Positions 47,771 to 60,977 of a stretch of 64,000 nt of DNA are shown piece by piece. The translations under genes and the position numbers were made by a program. How positions within the stretch are numbered: the first letter of the stretch is position 1; the number at the start of each line of letters is the position of its first letter. The notes beneath the pieces were generated by a model. The model did not search any database, was not told the origin of the DNA, and saw nothing but the letters and a program-made list of their open reading frames with translations. The stretch spans positions 1,302,001 to 1,366,000 of the forward strand of contig JBHGNT010000004.1 of the NCBI GenBank assembly GCA_043228905.1, read 5' to 3'. This DNA comes from Azolla caroliniana (taxonomy: Eukaryota; Plantae; Polypodiophyta).

Positions 47771-47812
47771 CTAATTGGCCACCGTCGTCGTCGTCATCAT
47801 CATCATCATCAT
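47771..47812 (-). promoter_or_regulatory. Candidate uORF MMMMMMTTTTVAN* in the ALOG leader
   Basis: The - strand reads ATGx6 ACGx4 GTG GCC AAT TAG, ending ~76 nt before the ALOG ATG. Whether it lies in the mRNA is inferred. Confidence 0.5.
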
Positions 47813-48238
47813 CGGATGGATTGCCTGACGGATGGCAGCATTTTCTGTTTCTTTATTCCTCTTCTCATAGAAACCAAACAGTCGGTGCGGATTTGGATAT
47901 CATGCATATGCAACCCCACAACAACACCATCATCTGCTCCCCCCCTCCCCACCCCCACCTCTACTTCAAAAACCAAAACGAAATAAATAAAATTTAAAAA
48001 TAAATAAATAAATAGGATTGATATATGTACATACATAAATTAACCCTCCCCCCCCCCCCCCCCTTCTCCAAAGAAAAATAAACAAACTGTTTTTCTTTCC
48101 TTTCTTAATTTATTACTTGAAATCCATAAACTCGATTGGCTTCAAGGCAAAATTAATAATATTCTTTATAATTAATGATATATTTAAAATCAATGGATAT
48201 AACTAAAATCTCAGTGCAAAGAGCGAAAGAGCGACAGA

Positions 48239-48283
<45 letters not shown>

Positions 48284-48491
48284 GGGGGGGGGGGGGAAGA
48301 TGGAGGGACGGGGAGAAAGAGCGAGTCACAGACTACAGTATCAAAGGAAATTATGAGAGAGAAGGGTTTTGATCACTATTTCACGCAGGAAAAGACCCAT
48401 CCCCACCTACAGTAAGAGCAATGAACGAAGCCCCCGAAAAGAAGCTTCTCTCTTTCTCTCTCTGTGTGTCTGAATCAAACAAACAGAGATC

Positions 48492-48527
<36 letters not shown>

Positions 48528-48959
48528 AGGGGCAGGGGGAAGGAACACTGCTCAGTCCACCATGAACAGTGAACGACACAGAAATTATAATATATGACAG
48601 ATAATATATCAACAACACACAAAAAATGAAACTCAAAAATAAAATAAAAATCAACGTACATCGCCCATGGGCCCTACTGCTTCTTCTTTTTTTTTTTTTC
48701 TTAAGACAAATCAAACAAGCAAAAACGCAATCGAAAAAGCAAATGAAATTATGTATATACATATACGAATAATAAGCAATCTTTATTTTTCTGTTTCTAA
48801 TTACATATCTCTCTTCATTTTCTAATTTTTCGCGTCTTCTATCCTTCTTCTTTTTTCCCTGTTTTAATAAATAAATAAAAACCAGGTTATTCATTTTTAT
48901 TTTTTTTTACAATTTTTCTTTTTTTGTTTGCTTTTCCTCTGTTGCTGCGGCGATGCTGA

Positions 48960-49235
48960 ATCGGCAGGCGTGCGCGCGTGGGCGTGACGTCACGCTGGCG
49001 TCACGGATACCCCTTTTTTTCTTTTTATTTTTGGGGGGGGGGGGGGGTTTATTTTGCTTCCAATTCGCATTCATACCGAAAGCGACAGGTCGTACGGACG
49101 GTCGGTCGGGGGAGAGCGGGGGGAATAGAGAGCAATTCCCAGCCGTCGGATCTGAACCCCCATCGGACGGCGGCCGAGCCCCTTCACCGCCACGTGTCGG
49201 CCACGTGGAAGTGGAACACAGCACGTGACAGCCGT
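48960..49235. promoter_or_regulatory. GC-rich cis-regulatory island upstream of ALOG
   Basis: 14-bp palindrome GCGTGACGTCACGC (48982-48995); G-boxes CACGTG at 49191, 49202 and 49222; AuxRE TGTCGG at 49195. Confidence 0.6.
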
Positions 49236-52200
49236 AATCTCTGTTCTTCTTTTTCCCCTTTTTGTGTTCTTTCTTTTTTGCCTTTTGTCGCTGCCCGTTT
49301 CACACTTAAGCCCTTCCCTCTTTGTACACACTTTTTTGTTTTTGTCCGGCCAAGAGATGAGGCCGGACTCACTGACACTTTGCTAGCCATAGGGCTCCCA
49401 ACGTTTGATATGACATAAAGTAGTCTTGAATTGAGCCCTCTCTCTCTCTCTCTCTCTCTCTATTGTCTCCAATTGTAAAAAGTGTGTACAAAATACCACA
49501 CCACCCCCATTATTGTAAGGATGGTCAAGGTGACTGAACATTTAAACACTTACCTCTGACTCGCTGACCCGACTCGCTGACTGACAGGCTGGGGTTTGTG
49601 CTCTTCACGAAAAAAAACAAAAGGGATGAAAAAAAAAAACAGACAAACCTAAAAGGAAATCTCCAAAAATAAAGAATAGTAAGAAGAAGAAGAAGAAGAA
49701 GCTTTAAACTCCCATTACATTGACATGCAATAAATTTTTCTCCTACGATACAAATAACGAATGACGCTCGAAGAAGGGCATATATCTATTGGGGCCATAA
49801 AAGGCACTTCGTTTTTAGCATGAAATATTGAATCCACCTCCTACCAATTTATTGCTCCATAAATATTTGGTGATTTTGTTTTTGTTTCTTTTTTTTTATT
49901 AAAACCATGTGAACATTTGTTTCGACAAATGCTTCTAAAGTATATAGCTACAGTACAGACTAGGGTAATAATATAGTTTCTAAATTAATGATGAGGATAA
50001 CATCATTAGGACATTATGAACTTCATATTGTATCAATGTTAGATTTTCCATTAGAAGCATAACACAAGAAGTTTTAGACATTTCCACATTGGTGGATCTA
50101 AACCCCACCAAACTTCTAGACTACATTTTCCCGTTATTGACTCTGATCGTAAAAAATTTATGACAACATCACGAGCTTTAATAGGAAGAAAAGCATGACA
50201 ATATTGAACAACAGACAAGTGGGCCCCTTTCCGCATAGGAAAATAATCGAGACTTTTGGTGATGGATTTGCTCGCTAAAGTATAAGACATGTACACAGTA
50301 GTCCACCTGCACTATAGAATTTTGAAATTGTAAGTAATTGTTATATCTACTTTATGTTTGTAATAAACTTTATACACACATATACATTAATATGTCAATT
50401 CTATAATAAACATATAAGTTTATAACCTTACAAGTTTCCTTTAAATATAGCAATTGAAAATAAATCCTTTTGCATGCATTTCTAGCCAACTTTATTTCAT
50501 GCGTCCATATCATAGGCAACCGACAACCCTAGAAATACAACCGGCAACACCATTGTGAAGGAACAACCTAGCCATTCTTGAAATTTCATATTGAGTATTA
50601 GAATGTGTTGTAAATTTTTCATAAGACATTCAACTACAAGCTAGTTGTGGTGGGATCGAAACTAGACACGAACTACCCATTGTGAGCACTCTCTATAGCC
50701 CAACACAGATGTCGAGATATGACTGATGCTACTTTTAAAAGCTTAGAGTAAGATGTCGAGCATTGTAATATGTAGGGTAACATAAAGGAAACATACCTCT
50801 TTCCCACCAAAAAAGAAAGCGAAAATCTTTTGCGATTGCATGTTGCCTATGTTGTGCATTATGCACGCAGTAGTAATTATACATGGTAAATATGCCGAGG
50901 ACAACGTCCACAATGCGATATGCTCAACTTTGTCGTTGGAGGTACAAAAAATGGTCACATTGGCTTTCATCAAGTTTTTGTGTTCATGTTGATATTACAT
51001 ATTAGAAGTTGTCTATGTTTATAAATATGTGTAGGCTTGACATGTTCTAATCATGAATTTGCAGAGCTTCTTGTGATATTAATCTTCCTTGTTTGCAAAA
51101 AGCACAAGAGGGTATTGTTTTACAAAGAAACTACTTCGACAAATAGCACGAATATCTATTATAAATACGAAAAGGATGGAAGATTTGAGAATTTTGTAAT
51201 ACGTCCAGTGTATAAGAACTTTCACATTAACTATTCAAACGTATTTACATCCTAGGACTTATGTATCTAATCTTTCTTCTAGCTAGATTCTTTAACATGT
51301 GCCACACATCATAGATCATGTAACTCTCAAGAACTACAAATTGCCTTACTTACATAGCATGTGCATCTTTCTTCTTAATCACCATCTTGAATGACCAAAG
51401 TATATCAAAGATAAAGGGCACACGTGATTTGCAAGTCTAATAACCATTCACCGCATATGCAAAAGGTCAAGTCCCATGTAATAATTACATTCTCCTTAAA
51501 GGTTGTTAATAAGATCAATATAAATAATCTTCAATACATGTGTTGAGGAACATTTAAGCCAATAATTCAAACAAATATTCTAAAATCATGGTCGATCTTA
51601 GATATAGATGATGTTCCACGACTACGATTGTGATGATGTAGGCGTTTTCTATCTTTGCAAAAACTACCATTGACATGATTTATCTTAGTGTTGACAAAAG
51701 AGACCCATAAAAGTCTCTCATTACTGATTGATAGGAGTTTGGTATATGGGCAATATTTTATTAGCACTCCCACAAAAATGTGTGACATTAAATTGGTGAA
51801 GGCTACAAAAAGTCTTTTATATGATGTACAAAAGCATTCCTTTAACATGCAATCTGTTCAATGCTTACATGATTTCCTTAGCATCACACCCCCATAGCAT
51901 TGTATGTTGCTACAAATAGAAGATATCTCACTATGCAACGTTATCAATTACAATAGATGGCGTTCTAGCATCAAAATATTTTCAGAAATATTTAGTTTGG
52001 TCATGAATACAAAAGTGATGAAAATAATTCAAGCAATTGTTTAGGGTTGAAATACTAGAATTTTGGTGTAGGTTGATCTATTAATAAATTGAGCCAACGC
52101 CAACGGTGATACTAAATTACTTGCGGAAAATTAACCTAAGTGATGTCTTGCAAATGTCACTTCAAATGTCACATCGGGCATTTCGTATAATATTGATGCA

Positions 52201-53226
52201 AAGAGTGGCATAATTATATCATAATGTGTTGCGACACCAGGTACATATGGTGGATGCCATGAAGGGGTCTATCATATCTTGTATGATTTCGTTTAAAAGC
52301 AAATGAGTAGATTACTTGAATTTATAATGCTATACTTGCCTCTTTTGAGTACTATAGCAATTGAGAGGATATACACAAGAAATATGTGATCAAGCAACTG
52401 CAACATGAGTTCAAGACAAGATGTCACATGAAAACTATATTGAAAGGAATGACGAGCTACCAATGTTATTGTGCAAAGAAAGATTGTAATAAATTTATTT
52501 TTAAGTTTCCAAAAAAGCTAGATGTATTTTTAGGATGAATATATACAAAACATTCCTCTATTATAATTTTTGTGATCCTGCTTCTATGGTCTAAACCTAT
52601 CACACACATGGCCTGCCTTAGTGCTCGTGGGTCTAGTAACAATCCCTTTTACCTTTGCATCACATCAATGTGCTCCTCGGTCCACTCGAACTTTCTTCCC
52701 TTCTTTAACAACCCATACAAAATCTCAACATGTGCATAGTGTTGTATCCATTTGATAAAATACACACATGCCTAGGCCTCACTGCACTTCCCATTGTAAT
52801 TCACACTCCTCTTTATCTAGGATTGCATCCACCTTCATTTTTGATGGCTTGTGGTGACATAGATTACATAAAATGCCCAACCAACAAAATCTTCGAGTGT
52901 TTGAACGCAAACTTTTCGCCTAAGAATGGTAGATTTGCATCTTTTAGCTTTTGTAGCACATTCTCACAATCCACAATGTGATTACTGAGAATCTGTACCC
53001 AACTTGGTCTTTAAACTCTTCTTTTTGCTCTTCTAATTGACCATTAATGGAATAGTAATCTCGAGAATGTATTCCCTAGACACTTTATTTATTCATCACA
53101 TCTGTCATGTGAAATTGAATTAGTAGCTCCTTGTGATAACATATAGATTCTTACTAGTCTAATCACAATTCTCATGTTGTGGTATCTCTAACGATTTCCA
53201 TGTTGATCTTCTCTTGTAGTAGCTTG

Positions 53227-53646
53227 TAACAATCGGCAATGGTTCGGTTTGAATCGAATGAACCGCGAAACCGCAGCTTAATGGCTTAGCGCTTTCAATG
53301 GTTCGGTTCGGTTTTAACATCCAGAAACCACGGTTTAAACGGTTGGTTTTTATTCTTTTTAAACTTTTTTTCAAAAAATTGTAAATTTTTTTTTTTTAAA
53401 CAATCTTTTCATTTTTAGACCTTATTCTCACATTTTAGGAACATCTTAAAATTTTTAAAAACTTTAAATAATGAAATATAATAATTTTAAAAAATTAAAA
53501 ATTAAAAATTTGACCTATGTTGAAAACCGAAACCGAACCACGAAACCACGGTTTTTACTGCTTAATGGTTTAACGGTTTCGTGGTTCAGGTTTTAAAAAA
53601 AATTAACGATTTGGACCCTCTCGAACAGAACCATTGCTGATTGTTA
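53227..53646. mobile_element. Non-autonomous hAT-type MITE (420 bp)
   Basis: 19-bp TIRs TAACAATC(G/A)GCAATGGTTC; 8-bp TSD GTAGCTTG (53219-53226, 53647-53654); many subterminal AAACCG/CGGTTT motifs. Confidence 0.92.
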
Positions 53647-55110
53647 GTAGCTTGATTAGTTTGGGAAGTGCATGGGCTCTGGGAACTAGTATTAGTTTTA
53701 AGTTCCATGCCACATGAGGCAATGTAAATATCATCATTGCCTTTATAATTCAATTCCTTGTGGGGATAAGGTGAAAACGCTTTCACATTTTTCAAGTATT
53801 TCCTAAATCTCGACTTCTCTTATGGTAAAAGGAATCCATTCCCACCAATTCTAAACTTCCCTCATGTCTCATTGGTGAAGGTGTGCCCAATACCTCTTAT
53901 TTTCCTTGCCCTAGTATTGCTTGCTACTTTAATTGCCACCAATTATCATTTGGAAAGGGAGCAATCATTGACTTCACCTTCCTATCCACATTCTTATACT
54001 TTATATTGATTTTGGCCTTGCTTCCCACAATACATACCTTGTACATATTCGTCGAATATGGTGGTACACATAGCAAGAGAGTTTATCAAAATTACCCTAA
54101 TTCTAGAAGAGTTCTAGTTGATAACACTCTATAATTCCTTGATCATGTTATTGAACGAAACCTCTTCCATGGCCCATGATATCCTTCAACTTCTTGAAGT
54201 ATTTTAGGTTTCTTTAGGTTTTTCTCCAAGCATCATGTCCTATGTTTTCTTCACTCCTTTATTGCACTCAATCCACAAGTACCATTGGACGGGAAACAAA
54301 TTTTTAGCATCATTACTAAGACAATGTTAAGTATCCATTAGACATCTCAACTCTTATGCTACGGACCGGGGAATACACCAAGGACCACTTGGAGATGTAG
54401 GATAATAGAGAGATTGAGCTAAATGCAATAATATGGTATAAATGGAATATCTATATAACCCTCCCTCCCAACCGTGAAAGAAACATTATTGTAATAGTAT
54501 TAAATTTGGAAGAACTATAAATAAACATTTTGTAGTGGTTCTTCCTCATTGTGTTTGCTCACACTAAAGCTTAAGACTTTTTTTTGGTAGGTCAATATGG
54601 TCTTTGAAGATACTAATATACCATTTCATCTCTCTCTCTCTCTCTCTCAAGATATTAATATTCTGTCTTTGGGTTGAAATGTGAAAAGGAGCTAGATATA
54701 AACACGGTATGTGAATACGCAACCATGTGTGTCTTATTCTCCATAGGGATCTCATCCCATCTTTTTTTTTTTGCATTCTATAGCTTCTTGAAAAGCTCGT
54801 TCAGAGAGCTTTCTAATGAATATTCATTTGCTCAATTCCATTACCGTGGTGAGAAGTTATGAGCATTTTCATATGCATGTCTCTTTGCCCCACGATTCCT
54901 CCAACTCAAGGTAGATTTTGAAACCCTAAATTGATTGAAAGGTATATTCTACTTCTTCTATCATTTTATTAGTAGTAAGTATGCCAAGAGGAGTAAAACT
55001 CAATGATGATGTCCTTGAAAGCCCAAACAATCAAATGCATACTTTGTCAATGGAAAAAATGGCATCTATGTATATCTCATTGCTATGAGAGATAGTGTTG
55101 GATATGGAAA

Positions 55111-55787
55111 GTGAAATGTATGGTTGTAAAGAGAGAGAGAATTAACTCTTCAACATACAATGGAAATCAAAAGTTCGAGATTAAAGCTTTGCATGAAGAA
55201 CTACATGCAATGAAAAACATGACTATTCAAATGCAAGATAATCGGACGCCGGAAATAGAAAGAAAAATGTTGAGTCTTGAAGCAAAAAAAGAGATTTTAA
55301 TGAAGGCAAATGCTGAATTAAAGGGAAGGAAGATGTGATCATGACAAGGTAGAAATATGTTCTCTTCAACGAAACACCAAAAATCACGCAAATGCATTCT
55401 AATGCCATGGATGTGCTAGATGCAAAGGAACAACATGAAATTGAAAAAAGAAAGAATAATATTGTTATTATAGGTACGCAAGAGAATGAAACTAAGAATG
55501 CATTATCTCTTGCAAAGAATATTACGAAATTCTTTGAAGATCAGTTTTCTATGCGAGATGTTATTGTATATGTTGCACATAGGGTTGACAAAAAGCAACT
55601 AGAGGGAAAGTCATCTCAAGCTATTGTTTATACAATCCTGGATGAATGTAAACGGGCTATCATTTTAGATAGTAGTAAGGTGTACTTAAAAGGGACAAGT
55701 TTCTTTGTAACGGAGGATAGAAGTCCACAAGAGCAAGAATGTAGAAGGCAAGCATATGCATCTAGGAAAGTAAATCGAAATGCATAA
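55111..55787 (+). pseudogene. LINE ORF1-like remnant (coiled coil + RRM + CTD, Transposase_22-like)
   Basis: KRKNNIVIIG..E...AHRV...LKGTSFFVTEDRS pattern preceded by a coiled-coil segment; broken frame; no ORF2 follows. Confidence 0.6.
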
Positions 55788-56052
55788 CAAGCAATGAACT
55801 ATAAAAATTGAAAATAATCGTCTCAAATCATAGTCGTCCAGGACACAAATGAGTGTGCTTCCTCTAGCCAAGACCTTGAACCACACCCAACACGTTCGCG
55901 TTCACAAGTGGATGTCATGAACACATGACCATTATGGCGTCACCCGGACTTGAACCTCGAACCTTGTAATCCATACTTGAAAACCTCAACCATTAAGATA
56001 GCTTATTGTTATATGAAACAATAAAAGCTACTTCTTGTATTACATTGATTAT

Positions 56053-56356
56053 TGTGAAACCTCTAGATTATTCTAGAATGTTCTAGAATGTGCTAGAGCA
56101 TTCTAGGTCTAGAACATTCTAGAACATTCTAGAAATCTCTAAGCTATTCTATAGGAACCTATAAATAAGGGCATACATGTATTCTCAAATCAATTTGAAT
56201 CAACACCAGTCTTTAGCTCTCATTACATATCTTGTATCCATTCTCTTTCTTTCTGTATCTTATACATCCATTCTTCTCTTAGTATTTCGTTCCTTTCTTC
56301 TCGTGTTCTCTAATATCCTTCTTCCATCACTCTATCTTTTATCCTTGGTTCTAACA
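56053..56356 (+). repeat. 5' LTR (304 bp) of the chromovirus with HSE array and TATA box
   Basis: TG..CA termini; TTCnnGAA/GAAnnTTC array at 56071-56134; TATAAATA at 56160-56167. No partner LTR is in the window, so the 5' boundary is inferred. Confidence 0.75.
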
Positions 56357-56365
56357 GTTTGATTC

Positions 56366-56423
<58 letters not shown>

Positions 56424-56448
56424 CCTCCTTTGTAACCATCTTGAAACC

Positions 56449-59400
56449 ATGGTTGCCATTAACTCAGAAGAATATCTCACCCTTGTTGCAGAAATGGAGA
56501 ACCTTAAATCCAAGTTCGCATCTCTTGAAGTAGAGAATCAACGTCTACTTGGGGATCTACAAAAGGTTACTATAGAGAAGCAACAACAACAAGAGGAGTT
56601 CACGCGATGAGTGCAACAGTTAGAGTCGACAATCGTAATGTTACAACAACAAAGGGTTGAAGGTCAGGGACTTATCAAGGAGCCCAAAATTAGCCTCCCA
56701 GCTAAATTTGATGGGTCGAGGGCGCATTTCCGAGGTTTCTTGAATCAAGTACGGTTGGTGATTCAAATGCATCCCGCGCGTTATCCAACAGATGCATCAC
56801 GAGTCGGGCTAGTGGGCACCTTATTGACTGGCATAGCATTGTCGTGGTTTGCTCCATTGCTAGAGACCAATTCTCCTCTATTGAATAATTTCGAGGAATT
56901 TATCAAGGAATTTAAGGCTTGTTTCGGAGATACTGATGGGGCGAGAACAGCTATCAACAAGATTCGTACACTTCGTCAAGGTGATCAACCAGCTTCGACA
57001 TATGCTGCTAATTTCCGTCTCATCGCAAGCGATATTCCTTGGGGTGAACAAGCCCTAATGGAGCAATTCCGTTCAGGCCTTCGTAGTGATGTCAAAGACT
57101 TACTTCTTACCTTCCCCGAGGATCCAAGGTCACTTACAGAAGCTATTAGTCGAGCAATACGGTGTGATAATCGTCTTTTTGAGCGTCGATGTGAGCGACA
57201 ACAACAAATAACAAGATCAAGATTCACACCAACTTATGCATCAGTAACAACGCAATCATCCCCAAGGCAAATGTATAGCCCTGCTCCATCTCCAAGGCAA
57301 ATGTATAGCCCTACTCCATCTCCAAGGTAAACACGTAGTCCAGTCCCAATGGATAGTCATGCACCCATGGAGATCGATATGACTCAACGACGAGGACCGT
57401 TGTCAAACGAAGAGTAGCAACGTCGTCGAGCAAACCATCTATGCTTATATTGCGGAGGTCCAGGACATATAGCCATTCATTGCTCCTTTAGGCCGAGACG
57501 TTAGGTAAATCAAATTCACTATGACAATAAAAATGAGTCCAACATTTTAGAAGTAGTTAGTGAATCTAATATTATGAATAATCCACCCTTGTCCAATAAA
57601 TTTGAAGTCCTAAGCCAATTAGAAGAGGAGTCAAATGAATAAGTCCGGCCAAAATAGGAGCCATTTGGTTGGACAACCCTAGATATGTACAACCTAGTGT
57701 GGGTTCCATTTCTTCCAAGCATGTCAGTAGAGTCTTCTCAGCCCTAGTACAAGTTAGGACACCCAGTTGTCAACTTCAAGTCTAAGCCCTCTTAGATACT
57801 GGAGCCAATTCTTGTTTCATGGATAGAGATTTTGCCCAAAAACACCAAATATCCTTGCATACACTTCCTTGTCCAGTTTCCGTAGTAGTGATTGATGGAC
57901 GTCCCATAGCTTCCGGGAATATATTTGAAGAGTCTGAGCCAATACACATACTCTTGGGTGATTTAGGATGTGTAGTTTCCTTTAACATAATCCGTAGTCC
58001 TGAGCATCCAATTGTCCTCGGTTTGCCATGGTTCGAGCTACATAACCCTAGAATCGATTGGAGGAAGCGAGAAATTAGGTGCCCTTTAGTGGAAAATATC
58101 GTTGTTAAGGATCGAACTCGGGATTATCCTCCTAAAGTATATAGTTCTACCGATGCACCATATCCTTCTCATCAAATTTCAGCCATCACATTGCAACAAT
58201 TGTGCCAAGTGGGAGGCAAGGAGGAGCTTTTCTTATTTGCAGTATCAGTGACACCTTCTAGTGTCACTCAAGGGAATTCAGACATCCAAATTCCCAAAAA
58301 ATATCAAGACTATGCTGATGTTTTCGACAAAGTCAAAGCAAGTGTTCTTCCAAGCATCTACCGTACGACTGTCCTATTGATCTCCAACTAGGAAAAGAGC
58401 CACCGTGGGGTCTGATTTACAATTTATCACCCATTGAGCTTGAGGTTCTTCGAGAATACATCGAGGAAAATCTTGCACATGGGTTTATTCGACATTCAAA
58501 GTCTCCAGCTAGTGCTCCTATCTTTTTTGTGAAGAAAAAGGACGGCTCCCTTCGTTTGGTCGTGGACTATCGAGGCTTAAATAAAGTTACCGTAAGGAAT
58601 AGGTATGCTTTATCTTTAATCTCCAATCTCTTAGAACGCATTGGTGGGGCAAAGCATTTTACCAAAATTGATCTAAGGGGTGCATATAATCTTGTTCGAA
58701 TTCGGTCAGGAGATGAGTGGAAAACAACATTTCGTACTCGGTATGGTCATTTCGAGTATACAGTCATGCCTTTCAGGCTCACAAATGCACCTGCAGTATT
58801 CCAACATATGGCAAATGACATCTTCCGGGATTTCTTGGATATTTTTCTAATCATCTACCTAGATTATCTATTGATTTACTCTAAAACACAGGGGGAGCAT
58901 GATATACATGTGCGGCAAGTACTTGAACGCCTAAGGAAGTATGGTCTTTATGCCAAACTTGAGAAATGCAGTTTTGATTGCAAACAAGTCGAATTTTTGG
59001 GATACACTATTTCATCCCAAGGTGTTTTCATGGACCCAACAAAAGTCCAAACAATATTGGAATGGAAACCCCCATGCTCAGTTCGGGATGTCCAATGTTT
59101 CCTCGGATTTGCGAACTTCTATCGCAAATTCATACATAATTTTTCAAGCATTGTGTTGCCCCTTACTCAACTCACCAAGAAAAATCAAGCATTTTTTTGG
59201 AGTATCGAAACGGACAAGGCTTTTACGCAGCTGAAAGAGGCATTCACATCAGCACCCTTCCTAGCACATATTGATCCTGAAAAGCCATTTACTATTGAGG
59301 CAGATGCATCAGACTTTGCATTGGGGAGTATCCTATTGCAACCAGGCGAGGACGGGCAGACACATCCAGTCGTGTTTCACTCTAGAAAATTTACTGTTTC

Positions 59401-60977
59401 GGAGATAAACTATGAGGTGCATGACAAGGAGTTACTAGCTGTGGTCGACTCATTCGAGCAATGGCGTCATTTTCTAGAAGGATCACCTCATCAGATTATC
59501 ATTTATAGTGATCACAAAAATCTCACATATTTTCAAACAGCTCGAGTATTAAATAGATGCCAAGCTCGGTGGGCCCAATTTCTAACGCGTTTCGATTTCA
59601 AGATCATTTTTCGCCCCAGAAAACAACAAGGGAAAGCAGATGCTTTGTCTCGGCGTTTGTATCTAGCACTTCGACCTGGAGATCCAGCCTTTGACAATCA
59701 AAAGCAAATTCTCCTCGGGCCATCAAAGCTACAGGTAACAACAATTTATACCACGCCACTTGATTCTACCCTTCTTGACACTATTCGGCAACAACTTCAT
59801 TCAGATGATTTCGCTAAGGATGTCTTAGCCCACTGTGGTTCAAGTCGTCCATCTTGCTCCACATTGCCAGGGTCATCTCAACATTATCAGGACTTCAAGT
59901 GGCAAGATGACTTACTCTTCTACAAGAATCTCCTTTACATCCCCGACGGATCACCCCGACTTCAAGTGTTGGAACATTGTCATGATGCCCCCATGGCTGG
60001 ACATTTTGGTATTTCCAAGACCATTGAGCTGGTGAAACGTTCATTTTGGTGGCCTCACTTGCAAAAATTTGTCGAAGATTAAGTTCGCACTTGTGACACT
60101 TGCTGTCGCGCCAAAATACCTCGGCATCACCCTTATGGCTTACTACAACCATTACCCCCTCCCAACAAGCCATGGCAGTCTATTTCTATGGATTTCATTA
60201 CGGATCTGCCACCTTCCAAAGGCTTTGATACTATTTTAACAATAGTGGATTGGTTCACCAAGATGGCACATTTTGTACCATGTGTAAAGACCATCAATAG
60301 TGAAGAAACTGCAGATCTCATTATGCGTGAAGTGTTTCGCCATCATGGTCTCCCGAATGATATTATTAGCGATCGAGGTCCTCAATTTATCACACTTTTG
60401 GAAGCACCTATGGGCAGGCCTCAAAATCTCTTGCAAACTCTCTTCGGCTTATCATCCCCAAACTGACGGACAAACAGAGCGCACAAATCAAACGCTCGAG
60501 CAATATCTTCGATGTTACATTAGTTATCAACAAGATGATTGGAGTAATATTTTACATCTTGCCGAGTTTGCATACAACAACACGGTCCACTCTTCTACCA
60601 AAGTTACACCTTTCTTTGCCTACACTGGCAACCACCCTCGATGGTGTATCCTGGATCTTCCTGAGGTGTCACGAAACCCTAGTGCGGCGCATCACCTCCA
60701 CCGACTACAACAAATCCAGTTCGAGTTATCGTCACATCTTCAGAAAGCGCAAGCACACCATAAGACCAATGCCGATCGACATCGTCTTAAGTCTCCGTTT
60801 AAGGTTGGTGACCGTGTATGGTTGCTTCGTCGTCACATCAAGACTACTCGACCGTGTGCTAAGCTTGACTATCAACGCTTAGGTCCTTTTGTCATCATGA
60901 CACAAATTAATGATGCAACATTTCGTCTTAACCTTCCTGCACATATGCGGCTTCACCCTGTCTTTCATAGCTCTCTT
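56449..60977 (+). pseudogene. Chromovirus gag-pol (disrupted)
   Basis: ORFs 56611-57330, 57819-58391, 58529-60082, 60188-60466 and 60300-61049 give consecutive gag/PR/RT/RH/INT motifs. ATG at 56449. Confidence 0.9.

Larger units (their letters stand above)
56053..60977 (+). mobile_element. Ty3/gypsy chromovirus (Tcn1/Tf1-sushi type), 3'-truncated, degenerate
   Basis: 5' LTR 56053-56356 (TGTGAAAC...CTAACA). gag EPKISLPAKFDG...LRQG; PR LDTGANSCF; RT LVVDYRGLN...YLDY; RH EADASDFALG...HDKEL; INT ISMDFI...QTDGQTER...HPVFHSS. Several stops and frameshifts. Confidence 0.92.

Noticed and set aside
46646-47997. Overlapping alternative-frame and antisense ORFs at the ALOG locus
   Set aside because: They are by-products of high GC and triplet repeats, with no recognisable domains.
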